64,000 nucleotides of DNA from the human T2T-CHM13v2.0 reference genome, Homo sapiens: NCBI RefSeq assembly GCF_009914755.1, contig NC_060945.1, one strand, 5' to 3'. The notes beneath the pieces were generated by a model, which saw nothing but the letters and a program-made list of their open reading frames with translations, searched no databases and was not told the origin of the DNA. The stretch's first letter is position 1; each line of letters begins with the position of its first letter. A program made the position numbers and the translations under genes. Shown here in pieces: positions 41,330 to 54,889 of the stretch.

Positions 41330-43775
41330 TAGTCTGTCAGTCAGTCATTGAGGTAGTCAGTCAGTCAGTTGTCAGTCAGTCAGATAGTCAGTCATCAGTT
41401 AGTCACTGAAACAGTTAGTCAAGTAGTCAGTCAGGTAGTTTGTCAGTCAGCCAGGTAGTTAGTCAGTTAGTCAGTCAGTCAGCCAGCCAGCCAGCCAATT
41501 AGTCAGTGAAGTAGTCAGTCAGCCAGTCAGTTAATTTGTCAGTCAGGTAGTTGGTCAGTCAGTCAGCCAGCCAGCCAGCCAATTAGTCAGTGAAGTAGTC
41601 AGTCAGCCAGTCAGTTAATTTGTCAGTCAGGTAGTTGGTCAGTCAGTCAGTTAGCCAGCCAGCCAATTAGTCAGTGAGGTATTCAGTCAGTCAGTCAGTT
41701 TGTCAGTCAGTCAGGTAGGTAGTCACTCAGTGAAGTGGTCGGTCAGTTGTGTCAGTCAGTCAGTAAGGTAGTCAGTTGGTCAGTCAGTTAGGTAGTTAAT
41801 AAGTCAGGTAGTCAGGTAGTTAGTCAGGTAGTCAGTTAGGTAGTTAATAAGGTAATCAGTCAGTCAGGCAGTTAGTTTGGTAGTCGGTCAGGTAGGCAGT
41901 CAGTCGTCAGTCAGTCTGAGGTAGTTAAGTCATTGAGATGGTCAGTCAGTAAGTCAGTCAGTTAGGTCGTCAGTCAGTCAGTTCAGTAGTTAGGTAGTCA
42001 GTCATCAGTCAGGTAGTTAATCAGTCAGGTAGTCAGTCATCAGTGAGTGAGGTAGTCAGTTGTCAGGTAGTCATCAGCCAGTCAGATAGGCAGGTAGTTA
42101 GTCATCAGTCAGTCAGTCAGGTAGTCAGCCAGGTAGTTAATCAGTCAGCCAGTCAGTGAGGTAGTTAATCAGTTAGTCAGTGAGGTAGTCAGTCAGTCAG
42201 TCAGTCAGTCAGTTAGTCAGGTAATTAGGTAGTCAGCCAGTCAGTTCAGTGGCTAGTCAGGTAGTTGGTCAGTCATGAGTCAGGTTATTAATCAGTCAGG
42301 TAGTTTGTCAGTCAGTCAGTCAATTAGCCAGTGAGGTAGTCAGTCAGTCAGTTCAGTAGTTAGTCAGGTAGCCAGTCATCAGTCAGGTAGTCAGTCAGGT
42401 AGTTAGTCATCAGTCAGGTAGTTAGTCAGTTGTCAGGTAGTCACTCAGTCATCAGTCAGTCAGGTAGTTAGGCAATCAGTCAATAAGTGAGGTAGTCAGG
42501 TAGTCAGTCAGATAGTCAGTCAGTCAGTGAGGTAGTCAGTCAGCTAGTCAAGTAGTTAGGTAATCAGTCAGTCAGACAGTCAGGTAGTTAGGCAGGTAGT
42601 CACTCCATCAGTCAGTCAGTCAGTCAGTGAGGTAGTCCATCAGTCAGCCAGCCAGCCAGCCAGTCAGGTAGTTAGTCAACTAATCATTCAGTCAGTCAGA
42701 CAGTCAGGTAGTTAGTCAGTCAGATAGTAAGTCAGTTAATGAGTTAGCCAGTCAGGTAGCTAGTCAGGTAATCAGTCAGTTAGTGGGAGAGTCAGGTAAT
42801 TAGGTAGTCAGTCAGGCAGTCAATCAATGAGTCAGTTAGTTAGTCAGCCAGTCAGGTAGTTAGGTAGTCAGTCAGTCAGGTAGTTAGTCAGGTAGTCAGT
42901 CAGGCAGTCAGTCAGTCAGACAAGTAGTCAGTAAGGTAACCAGTCAGTGATGTAGTCAGGTAGTCAGTCAATCAGTTAGTCAGGTAGTTAGCCAGTTAGT
43001 CATGTAATCAGTCAGTCAGGTAGTCAGTCATCAGTCAGTTAGGTAGTTAGTCATCAGTTAGTCAGTTAGGTAATTAGTCAGTCAGCTAGTCAGTTAATCA
43101 GGTAGTTAGGTAATCAGTCAGTGAGACAGTCAGTCAATCAGTCAGTAAGGTAGTCAGTCAGGTAATTAGTAGTCAGTCAGAGAGTCAGGTAGTCATTCAG
43201 ATAGACAGTCAGGTAGTTAGTCAATCAGTCAGTGAGGTAGTCAGTCAGCCAATAGCCAGTCAGCCAGTCAGGTAGTTAGTCAGGTAATCAGTCAGTCAGT
43301 CAGATAGTCAGGTAGTTAGTCATTCAGGTAGTCAGTCAGTCAGTCAGTCACTCTTTGAGGCAGTCAGTCAGTCAGTCAGTCAGTGAGGCAGTCAGCCAGC
43401 CAGCCAGTCAGATAGTTAGTCATTCAGGTGGTCAGTCAGTCAGGTAGTTAGTCAGATAGTCAGTCAGTTAGCCAGTCAGCTAGTCATTCAGGTTGTCAGT
43501 CAGCCAATCAGGTATCAGTCAGGTAGTCAGTCAGACAGTCAGGTAGTTAGTCAGTCAGTCAGTCAGTGAAGTAGTCAGTCAGTCTGTGATGTAGTTGGTC
43601 ATTCAGGTCGTCAATCAGTCAGTCAGGTAGTTAGTCATGTAATTAGTCAAGTAGTTAGTCAAGAAGTCAGGTAATTTAGTCAATCAGTCATCAGGCAGTC
43701 AGTCATCAGGTAATTAGGTAGTCAGTCGGGTAGTCAGTGAGTTAGGTAGTTAATCAGCTAGTCAGTCAGTCAGTT
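41330..43775. repeat. 2.4-kb degenerate (GTCA)n tetranucleotide tract with AGGTAG and GTTA variants
   Basis: Visible directly. Stop-codon-rich, with no ORF in the track between 41409 and 43776. Confidence 0.98.
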
Positions 43776-43950
43776 TCAGACAAGGAGGGAGGCTGGCAGG
43801 TATTCTGTGCTGGGAGTCAGTCTGGCAGTCCATGTTTCTGGGGTGGCTGTGCTGTGGGCAGGTGCCCCAGGGACCACCAGTAGATGTCCCTCCCCCAGAC
43901 AGTGAGGAACGGTCCAGAACGCATGTTCACCCTGTGCTGCATGTGGCTTA

Positions 43951-44310
<360 letters not shown>

Positions 44311-45684
44311 TCAGCATCTCTCTCCAGATCCACGGCTGCTACGTGGTGCAGGGACAGAGGACCGAGGCCCCCGCATTACAGGTCATCATGGTGGGGTGGG
44401 CGCAGAGCCGGTCATTACATTCATCAAGACCCTTGAAAATGTCCATATTCTTTACCCAATATTTCCACTTCTATTGCTATCTGAAGGCAAAAACACAAAA
44501 GCCAAAATTCCCAAATTCAGGAAAAGCTTTATGCACAAAAATGTTCTTCATAACCCAGATGACCAGAAAAACGCATCACAACCTGCTCTCCTGTGTTATG
44601 GGTGTGATCACCACGCAAAGCTGTGTCAGGGCAATGTGTGTAAAACATGAACATGGCGCAATGTGCCCAGGGCTCATAGTGTAGCTGTGTGAACATACAG
44701 AATGAGGGGCAAGGTGCATGGTTCATGGACGATGTGCTTGGAGGCAAGGACGCCACATGAACCTACGTACTTGCTTGGATGATGGAACAAAATATTGTCC
44801 CCTTTGCTTTTCTGAATTTTCCAATTGTTCTTTGATGCAAAGTTTTTTTTATAACAAAAAATTAAAACCTTATGATGTCATCAATCAAAAAAAAAAAAAC
44901 CAACTAGTTATTCACCCGCCATGCTGGATGCAAATGCAGCCTGCATGAGGGTGGCTGTAAGCCACAGGAGAGCAGTTTCCATCTGCTGTGTTCACTGCTT
45001 TAGCCCTGTGTCCAGGCAGGGCCTGGTGGGCCTCCTTGGCACATTGTAGGCCAGTGAGTGACTATTTGGGGGCAGTCAGGAGGTGCTGTCTCTAGGACAT
45101 GGCTGTGTAGAGTCCAGGGAGTGGACGGAGCTGGGAAGAGGAAACCCCATCCTTCCCATTGGGATGTCAACCATCTCCCAGACCCACCACCTCGACCCTC
45201 TGCCCAGAGCAGCCCTGACAGGAAGGTGGCTGTCAGCCTGCGAGGTCCCACCCATGGCTCCCCTGAGCCTGGCCTCAGCCTTGCATGTGGACATCACGTG
45301 TCCTCAACATTTGAGGAAAGGAAGGATCAGGAATGTCCATTTTCTAGTGTCTTTCTGAAACGATTTGTGGGTTCTTGACCAGCTCATGTAAACACTCTCA
45401 ACAGGTTTTAAATGTAGTGACGAGGGGTCTATGTAGAACGAGATGGCATGTGGGAAATGGTCTGGTCGTCCGTTTTGCGGGAGCCAAGCAGACTGCCTCA
45501 AAGTCACATCCTGGATTTAGGGTGGTGGGCTCACGTGTGCGACTCTGTCAGCCTTTTACCGCCTGAACGAGGTGACACCGTGAGAAACTCCTTTACCTGC
45601 AGAATCAGTGTAGGGGGCCCCGCCTGTGGACTCGGGGCTTTCCAAGAGAAAGGGGATGGAGAAAGTCACCGAACACAGACTTGC

Positions 45685-45911
45685 CTTTTTCCCGATGGTG
45701 AAATGCCTCCAGGCCTGTGCTTGGTGCGTGGGGATGTTCTGATATGAGACGAACTTCTCTTCGGTCCACTTGTAGACGGCGGATGTGGCTTTGCGATTGG
45801 CTGTGGCCACAAAGAGCCCCACCTGAGGGATGCGGAACACCTCAATGCCCAGGGTCTCTGAGTTGGTGGACAAGTTCTGATGCTCCTCCACGTAGTCCAG
45901 TCTTTCTTTGG
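45685..45911 (-). CDS. TSPEAR: TSPEAR exon 7 (227 nt), GC donor
   Basis: cacaag|CC ... AAG|gcaagt, encodes [75 protein letters not shown]. Confidence 0.93.
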
Positions 45912-46844
45912 CTTGTGATAGAAACGTTGTGACTCGGTTAAGATTTCCGAGAACGGAAATCCAGAGCAATCCTCGCGGGAGCGCGATTCCCAAGCCCCAA
46001 GTCACAAGCCACGACTCCTGCGCCTCAGCCTCGGGCATCAGTTTCCACGTTTCGCTCTCACAGGAAAGGCCTGTCAAAGGGAGGCCACTCACTGCTGCCA
46101 GGGGCTTTGTGATCTGTGCAGCCCCCAGTGAAGTTTACATGTTGTGGGTTGTGGCCTTGTTAAAAGGCTCACTGCTTCTACGGCAAGTTGTGCTCTCGAT
46201 AATGTGAAAGAGAGCAGCTCACACACGTGCTGGGCGGAACCCATGCCCATTTCCCACGGGTAACCTGTCTGGAGCATCTATCGCCACCTCCACTCACCTC
46301 CCCAGCAGCGGGAACGGACTGCTGAGAAGGCTCTCTGTAAAAATAACCTTTCAGGCTCGTCATCTCCTTGGATCTCATCTCTGATCTAGCAGACAGGGAG
46401 GGTGTGGGCAGAGGCGGCAGCCGGGCCACCCTACCAAGGAGGCTGCAGGGAGGCAGGCATTGTCTTCCCATGGTTTGGGAAGGGGTACCACGCGATGCCC
46501 AGCCCTGTCAGCCCGTGTGTCATGCCCTGGAGGTTCACATTTCCAATTGAGATGCACAGGCTCGAGGCTCCTGGTGGGGCAGTTTCCTGTCCTAAGTGGT
46601 GCCTGCCCTGAGGAGGGCCTGTGGCTGAGTCCTGTGGCTCTAGGGAGGGCAGTGTCCTGCCCGCTGCTTGCTTTGGGGGTCAGGACTGATGCTGCCTCTC
46701 ACTCTTAGAAGTGCCCCAGCCTGACGGCCAAGCCTGAGGTCATTCAGAGGTGGCTGAGGTGCCCCCTCTCCTAGCCTCCACTCCCAGTCACACTGTGCCA
46801 GAGTGGCCCTGCATGCCAACGCCCCGGGTGCAGGGCTGCCTCAC

Positions 46845-46976
46845 CTGCTAACACGGAGACCCACTCGTTGCCAACACACAGATACAGGCCCTTCCGGCTG
46901 GCATCAAACCAGAACTGGGCGTCTTCCACCTCGGTACACGGTGGCTGGGGTCCCAGCGTCACTCGAATGTTGGTTT
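46845..46976 (-). CDS. TSPEAR: TSPEAR exon 6 (132 nt)
   Basis: cctcag|AA ... G|gtgagg, encodes [43 protein letters not shown]. Confidence 0.95.
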
Positions 46977-48188
46977 CTGAGGGGAAGACCAGGAAGATGA
47001 GTTTCCAGCAAGCCAGTGCCCCCAAAGGAAGACGACACAGGAAGAGGCCCCCAAACCAGGCTGCCCTGCCTCAGCCTCTGCATGCGGGCCTGGAAGGGCC
47101 CCTGCAGGCACCTTGGCACAAGCCTGCCACATCACAGACGGGGAATTGAGAACCTGGCCTACCGGTGACGAAGGACATCATGATGCCCCCTATATGGTCA
47201 GCCCACCCTCTGTCCACTCTGAAAGGCGTGGCTTTCCATCCCATTGAGGCAGAAAAGGCCTGCTCCTCTGAGAGTCCTCAGCGATTGCACAGGGCATGGT
47301 CCCCCCTCAGGAGGGAGTCCCTGTTGACAGTGGTGTATCTTAACGACGGCTTGGCTTGAACCTGTGGCGGTTTGATCTCATCACTTCCAGTAATCACACC
47401 CCACCATGGGTCCTAATTCTGCCACCTCTTGACTCTATGTGGGACATCTGTGCACCTGCCAGCCGGTGCTGGCCAGCGGTGTGACACAGTATACCATGCG
47501 GCCCGGATGTGTTGGAGGTGGGGGCTCCCCTACTTGGTAACCGCTAACCCTGAGGCTCGGGGGCTCGGCTGTTCTCCACCTCACTGCCCCTCGGGTTGGC
47601 TGAGAGCAGTGGGGATGCGGCGGGGAGGGGCATTTCAGATTCTCCATGGCAGGAGTGTGGTTTAAATAAATACAGTCACCCTTGTAACTTCACACAAGAG
47701 AAAATCAAGCGGGGAGGCCCTCTGGGCCGGGGGATCGTGGAAGACGTGAGTGTAGGGCCAGAGTGGGCCCGACTGGGGCGGGCTGGTCTGGATGATGGTG
47801 GGACAGAGGCGGGGTGGGGAGAAATGGCCCAAACGCTGTCCTTGGGGGGCAAAAGGGGATGAGGGATGTCAGATAGCTCTGGACAGACTTTCTAAAGTAA
47901 GTTAGGCCTGTTTTCTGCCTGGGGTCCCCAGGAAGGGGCTGGATGGCTGTCGTGGGAGTGCTTGGAGGGAAGGGCAGGATGACACTGGCCTGTCTGATGG
48001 TGCCGCCTGCCTTCCTAGGGGTGGGCCCCGAGTATCCCCCTGGCCAATATGACCGCTGCCCCCCGTAGCAGTGATGAGGGGGGCAGGCACACGAGAGGGG
48101 CTGAGAGCTGAGCCCTGAGTTCCCGCCTGGTGTGAGGCCAGGGCTCTCGCATCTGCCTTTGGTGTGGGGGCGGGTGGCCCCCCTACTA

Positions 48189-48602
<414 letters not shown>

Positions 48603-48611
48603 CTACTCTGC

Positions 48612-48962
48612 TCATCCAACAGCCCATCCACCCATCCTGTTCATCCATGCATTCATCCATCCATCTGTCCATCCATCAGTCCAATCCATTCATCCATCAC
48701 TAATCCATCCATCCCTCCACCTACCCATCCATTCATCCATGCATTCATCCATCCATCCACCCATTCATCCATCACTCATCCATCCATCCCTCCATCCACC
48801 CATCCATTCATCCATCCATTCATCTTTCTCTCCATCTGTTCATCTCTCCACGCATCCATCCCTCCATCCATCCATTCATCTTTCTCTCCATCTGTTCATC
48901 TCTCCACGCATCCATCCATCCATCCATCCATTTGTCCATCCCTCCATCTGCCCATCCATCTG
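48612..48962. repeat. (CATC)n / (TCCA)n simple repeat
   Basis: Visible directly. Confidence 0.95.
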
Positions 48963-49435
48963 TCAAACCATGCATCAATAAATATTCAGAGCATCTGCTA
49001 TGTGCCAGGCATGGCTCTAGACACTGGACTCAGCAGGGAACAAAGGCCTCTAGCCTCATGGAGTGAGGTCCCCACTCACACGTGAGTGGAGACACAGGCA
49101 CCGAGCAGACACCCAGCTGGCCTGAGAGCAGCAGGCCCTACTGAGGAAAGACAGCTCCGGGGAAGGGGCTGCAGGGCAGAGTGTGGGCATCAGCTCAGCA
49201 TGGTGGGGGCAGCCTGAAGAGGACCGTTGGGCAGGGACCCAAGACCATCAGGGAGGAGGGTGCCAGGAGGAAACAGCAAGCGTGAAGGCCCTGTGGTAGA
49301 GACTCCACGCACGCTGTACCTTCTTTTCCCAGTTAGCACGTCCAAGGATCTGTCAACTAGAGCAGTAGGACAACTGGCCTGGGGCAGTCCCATCCCGCAG
49401 CACGGGTGTTGGGAAGGCAGCCCCTCCATACTCGC

Positions 49436-49526
49436 CATGAACAGGCCTTTGGCTCTCCTCCGGCTGCCGACGAAGAATCGAGCTCCTTTCACTGACAGGG
49501 TGGCTGGGAAGGGCACATCGGCCATT
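49436..49526 (-). CDS. TSPEAR: TSPEAR exon 4 (91 nt), GC donor
   Basis: ttttcag|A ... ATG|gcgagt, encodes [30 protein letters not shown]. Confidence 0.92.
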
Positions 49527-49624
49527 CTGAAAATATCAAAGGACTGTGTTAGGGCCATAGGAGAGTGGTCACCCCAGTTTACTCACAGAAGGAACAGGAA
49601 CAAGCCCCTCACTAAGCAGCGTGC

Positions 49625-49990
49625 ATCTGTGCTGTGGCTGCCACACAAAGGATGGCACACAGGGCTGATCGCCTGCACAGCTCTGGAGCCCAGTAGCCTG
49701 GATCAGGCTGGGGCAGGGTTTCTCCGAAGGCTCCAGAGGAGGACGCTTCCTCGACTCATCAGCTTCTGGTGGCTGCACGTGCTCCCCGTGACCTGTGGCC
49801 ATGTCGCTCCAGTGTCCGACTCTCCCAGTATCTGTCTCCTGGTAAGGATCCTAGTCACACTGGAGCAGGGCCCGCCTCACTCCAGGATGATCTCAGCTTG
49901 ACTTGATGACTGCAAAGACTCTGTTTCCAGGTAAGGTCACATTCACGGGTGCTGGGTGGACATGAATTCGGGGGGGGCACTTCACCCCAG
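49625..49990 (-). mobile_element. MLT1 (MaLR) LTR
   Basis: TGCAAAGACTCTGTTTCCAGGTAAGGTCACATTCACGGGT...GGACATGAATT is the reverse MLT1 signature. Confidence 0.75.
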
Positions 49991-51754
49991 GGCCAGGGCC
50001 TCCTGCAGAAGTGCGTGGTGACATGCTTAGTGGTTCTTCCCTATCTCATGGTGAACGTGCAGTGGCTTCGACCTGCACAGGGTCCTCCAGCCCACTCACC
50101 CTCCCTCCACTGAGCTCCTGCACCATCACCCGGCCTGGGGTGCTGGGACAGATGGCTTCAGGACAGGAAGGAGGCTGGTGACCCATGAGGGTGTCAGGAG
50201 CAGGCGGTCTTGACGAGTGCGTGGAGGCTGAACTCCGGAGATGGAGCAAGGTGGGTGCCCGCTGAGGGACAGCGTGGCTAGAGCTCCTGGGCGGAAGAGC
50301 AGGGGTGCCTTCGGGCTCGCCTCCCGCCCACGCTGCCACTGTCTCTTGTAAAACACCTGCTCCTTCCAGTCTTTGCCATCTGGCTGCAGCTGGCCGTGGT
50401 GAGCTCAGCTCCTGCCCTGCTGTCCCAGAAAGCCCCGTCCTCTGCACACAGCTCGGCCTCTGCTAGGGTCCAGGCTGCTGGCCCCCAAGCCCTGGCCTGT
50501 ACCCTCCGTGGCAGCCTGCCAAGGGGTTAAGTTCTTCCGTGGCCACAATTGGTTCCAGGCCTGTGACTCCCCATGTCCCACCATCTTCCCCAGGAAGTCC
50601 ACTTTTAAAACATTCGGGGAACATTCCTAATCATTATGCTTTCGACCCTGATTTCTTCCTTTCTCCTGATGAGGCAGGTGAACGTTTGTCCAGGCCTCAG
50701 GCGCTGCCGCCACGTCATTCCTAGCTGCTGTGGCAAAGCCAGAAGTCAGGCAGCATTCACGTCCAGCCAGGACTTTCTTTACGGGGTGGGAAGCTGCTGC
50801 TAGGTCAGGTTGTCTTCAGCCTGCACAGCACGTCCCTGGGAGGCTTCCAGCTCTCAGGACCTGAGAACTCATCACCGTCCTGAGGGCCCTAAAGAGTTTG
50901 GGGTATGGTGGGAGAGAGGCTCTGATAAAAGTGTGTTTAAGCTAAGTGCATAATAAAAATATTTATGCGATAAGTTTCATAACAAAACAGAAGATCCTAC
51001 CTTTGAAAGTAATATTCGAAATAATTTAATATTTAATAGATTTAATATAAACTGGATCATTTGCAATTAAAAAGACAGAAGCGCAGCCCTGCTCCACAGT
51101 GGTAGATCCTGACATGGGTAACCAACTGGCCGAGCTAGGGGACTGAGGACTCCTGTCCAGGGGACCTACCGTCAGGCCACAAACCAGGCGACGGCAAAAA
51201 CGAGAAACGAACTCGGCTTCCAAAAGCCCCCATTGTGTCCAAGGCTACAAAGGATAATCTTGTACTCATTTGGAGTTTCTGTCAACATCTGCTCCCTCGT
51301 CCACGAGGAACCTGCCATGTGGAGTCACGGAGCCAGGCCTCGGCCTCCAGCCTGGAGGTTGGGGAAGGAGTTACTCTGACTTCCCGCTGCTGCCTGTTGT
51401 GATGTTAGCGCCCTCCCCACAGTGCCGGTCCCCTGCCAAGTCCCCTGAGCTACTTCTGGAAAAGGAGTGCGCTTGGTGTGATCGCCCTTACCTTGTTCTA
51501 AGCCACTGACTCTGATGTGCAGCGGGTTTTGTGTTTAAGGCGTGGAGAAACATTAAAATCGGGGTTTTGACAGGAGTGTGCTTCATAAACGCTCCGCGGG
51601 AGAGGCCCATTCCCCTTCCAGCCCGAATCCAGGGCATCACTCACCACCTGTTCTCGCCAATGTCCACTCTGCCCACAGATGGTGAGCCTGCCTCACCCCA
51701 TGCAGCCCTGCAGAGGCTGGCGCGGACGCTGACCTGACCTCCCATGGTCAGCCC

Positions 51755-51985
51755 CTGCCTCATGAATGGCTCTTGCCCCCTGGTCGGCTCCTGCCCCGTG
51801 GATGGCTCCTGCCCCTCCACCCCATGGCTCCTGGCCCCTGGTCGGCTCCTGCCTCTCCACCCCATGGCTCCTGTCCCTCCACCCCATGGCTCCTGGCCCC
51901 TGGTCGGCTCCTGCCCCGTGGATGGCTCCTGCCCCTCCACCCCATGGCTCCTGACCCTGGTCAGCTCCTGCCCCAGGACAGCTCC
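51755..51985. repeat. Compound C-rich minisatellite downstream of exon 3
   Basis: Modules GGCTCCTGCCCCTCCACCCCAT and GGCTCCTGGCCCCTGGTC repeated. Confidence 0.88.
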
Positions 51986-52076
51986 TGCAGGTGTTGCTCG
52001 GCGAGCACGGCTGAAGGATGCCTGGCCTGGCAGGACTCTGAGGACTGCAGGTGCACCCTCCCCGGGTGGGTACCTA

Positions 52077-52952
<876 letters not shown>

Positions 52953-52989
52953 TCAGGAGCACGGGTCCATGGTAAAACCCAAAGGCACC

Positions 52990-53650
52990 CCCACACACTA
53001 GGATGGCTAATGCCCAAAGAACAGAATGTGTTATGCTGGCGACACTGTGGAGAAACTGGAACTCTTGCGCACTGTTGGTGGGAATGTAAAATGGTGCAGC
53101 CACTGTGGAAAACAGGATGGCAGTTCCTCAAAAAGTTATAAACAGAACGACCAAATGATTCAGCAATTCCACTTCTGGGTCCATTCTCAAAAGAATCGAA
53201 AGAGATACTTGTACACACATGTTCATAGTGGCTTACTCACAATTGCCAAAAGGTAGAAGCAACACAAGTGTCCACGAACGGATGGATGGGTAAACGCAGT
53301 GTGGTCCAACCACACAGTGGAATATTAGTCAGCCATAAAGAGGGAAGGAAATGCTGACACATGCTGCAACATGGATGAACCTTGGGGATGTTCCACTTAT
53401 ATGAGGTCACTAGACTGGTCACATTCACAGAGACAAAAGGTAGAATGGTAGGTGCCGGGGCTGGGGGGTGATGGGGAGTAAGTGTTTAATGGGTGTGGAG
53501 TTTCAGTGTTGGGAGACGAAGAAGTTCTGGAGATGGACGGTGGTGATGGCTGCACAACAACATGGATGTCCTGAATGCCACTGACTGTACCCTTAAAAAT
53601 AGTTTCGATGGTAAATTTTACATTACGTGTATTTTACCACAATTAAAAAA
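52990..53650 (+). mobile_element. L1MB 3' end
   Basis: TGTTGGTGGGAATGTAAAATGGTGCAGCCACTGTGGAAAACAG ... GTTCTGGAGATGGACGGTGGTGATGG ... TTTTACCACAATTAAAAA. Confidence 0.9.
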
Positions 53651-53850
53651 CAAGAACGTATACAAATGCGGTGTCCACCAAGACCTCAGAGCTTTTTGGC
53701 TTCCTTTCCAATTTGGGTTATGTGAAACAAAGCACTTGATTATACTTATTTCCAACTTAGATTCCATTCATTCCTAGCCCAACACAATTAAAGAATTGAA
53801 AGTGATTAAGCCTGAAAGGTAAAGCAGGTATGAAAACAGTTAGACAGCAT

Positions 53851-54025
53851 ACAGTCACGTACGGCCAGAGCCTGTTTCAGTTGACAGTGGACAGCACAGG
53901 GGATGGTGGTCCTGTAAGATTGTAACACTGACGTTTTACTGTATCGTGTCTGTGTTTAGAAACACGAATACACTGTTTGTACACTGCGACTGCCTGCAGT
54001 ATTCCCACAGTAGCGTGCTGGAAGT
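53851..54025. mobile_element. Tigger3-like DNA transposon fragment
   Basis: TACAGTCACG...GGTGGTCCTGTAAGATTGTAACACTG resembles the Tigger3/MER7 terminus. Confidence 0.6.
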
Positions 54026-54029
54026 AGCT

Positions 54030-54236
54030 GCTCACTGCAACCTCTGCCTCCCAGGTTCAAGCAATTTTCCTGACTCAGCCTCCAAAGTAGCTGGGACTAC
54101 AGGTGCACACCACCACACCCAGCTAATTTTGTATTTTTAGTAGAGATGGGGTTTCACCATGTTAGCCAGGCTGGTCTCAAACTCCTGACCTCAGGTGATC
54201 CGCCCGCTTCGGCCTCCCAAAGTGCTGGGATTACAG
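54030..54236 (-). mobile_element. Alu fragment truncated at both ends
   Basis: GCTCACTGCAACCTCTGCC ... GTGCTGGGATTACAG. Confidence 0.92.
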
Positions 54237-54889
54237 ATAAAGCAAAGTTTTGAGCTTTAAGACCAGAAGGATCAATTTCTATGTTTATCAAAAAAAAAAA
54301 AGGAAAAAAGAAAAAAAAAAACTATCTATGGGGCTATTAGGTCTTTTTCCATTGGAAGTGGACTTTCTGTTCTGCCCAACTTTGCTTCCACTCCAAGCTC
54401 CTTACCCTCAGGTTGGGAGACAGAGGGACTCTTCTGTGGAAGGAAGCCCTGGTAGCTCAGACTCAAGAGTTCACAGTGGCAGAGTCCAGCCCTGTCAGGC
54501 TTCTTCCTGCAGCCGCTTGTGTTCCATGGCTGATGGAGAGGAGGGGCCTGCCCAGCTGCAGTGGCTGTTCACACTCTGGCCCCCTTTCCGGGCGGTGCTG
54601 GGCTTCTCCCATCCTCAGGCTGCTGCTCCTGCCAGTGCTCCCTCGGCGTCCTCCGGCACAGACCTCAGCAACACTGACTTCTGGGCCTGGTTCCTACCCA
54701 CTCGCATTTTGGGCCCTTGGGTGATATCTTGCCATTAAGTTCTGTCCTAAATGGAACCCATGGGTTTTTCTTTTTCTATCTGGTAATTCTCTCTGTTTCT
54801 ATTTGGGATTTAGGGAGATTTAGAAACTATGCCTCAGGTAGCACCATGTCTCTAGGATCCACTCCTCCCTCTCAAAACAATCCTTGATT

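Noticed and set aside
50900-51270. AT-rich patch possibly from a DNA transposon
   Set aside because: No terminal repeats or family signature that I could identify with confidence.
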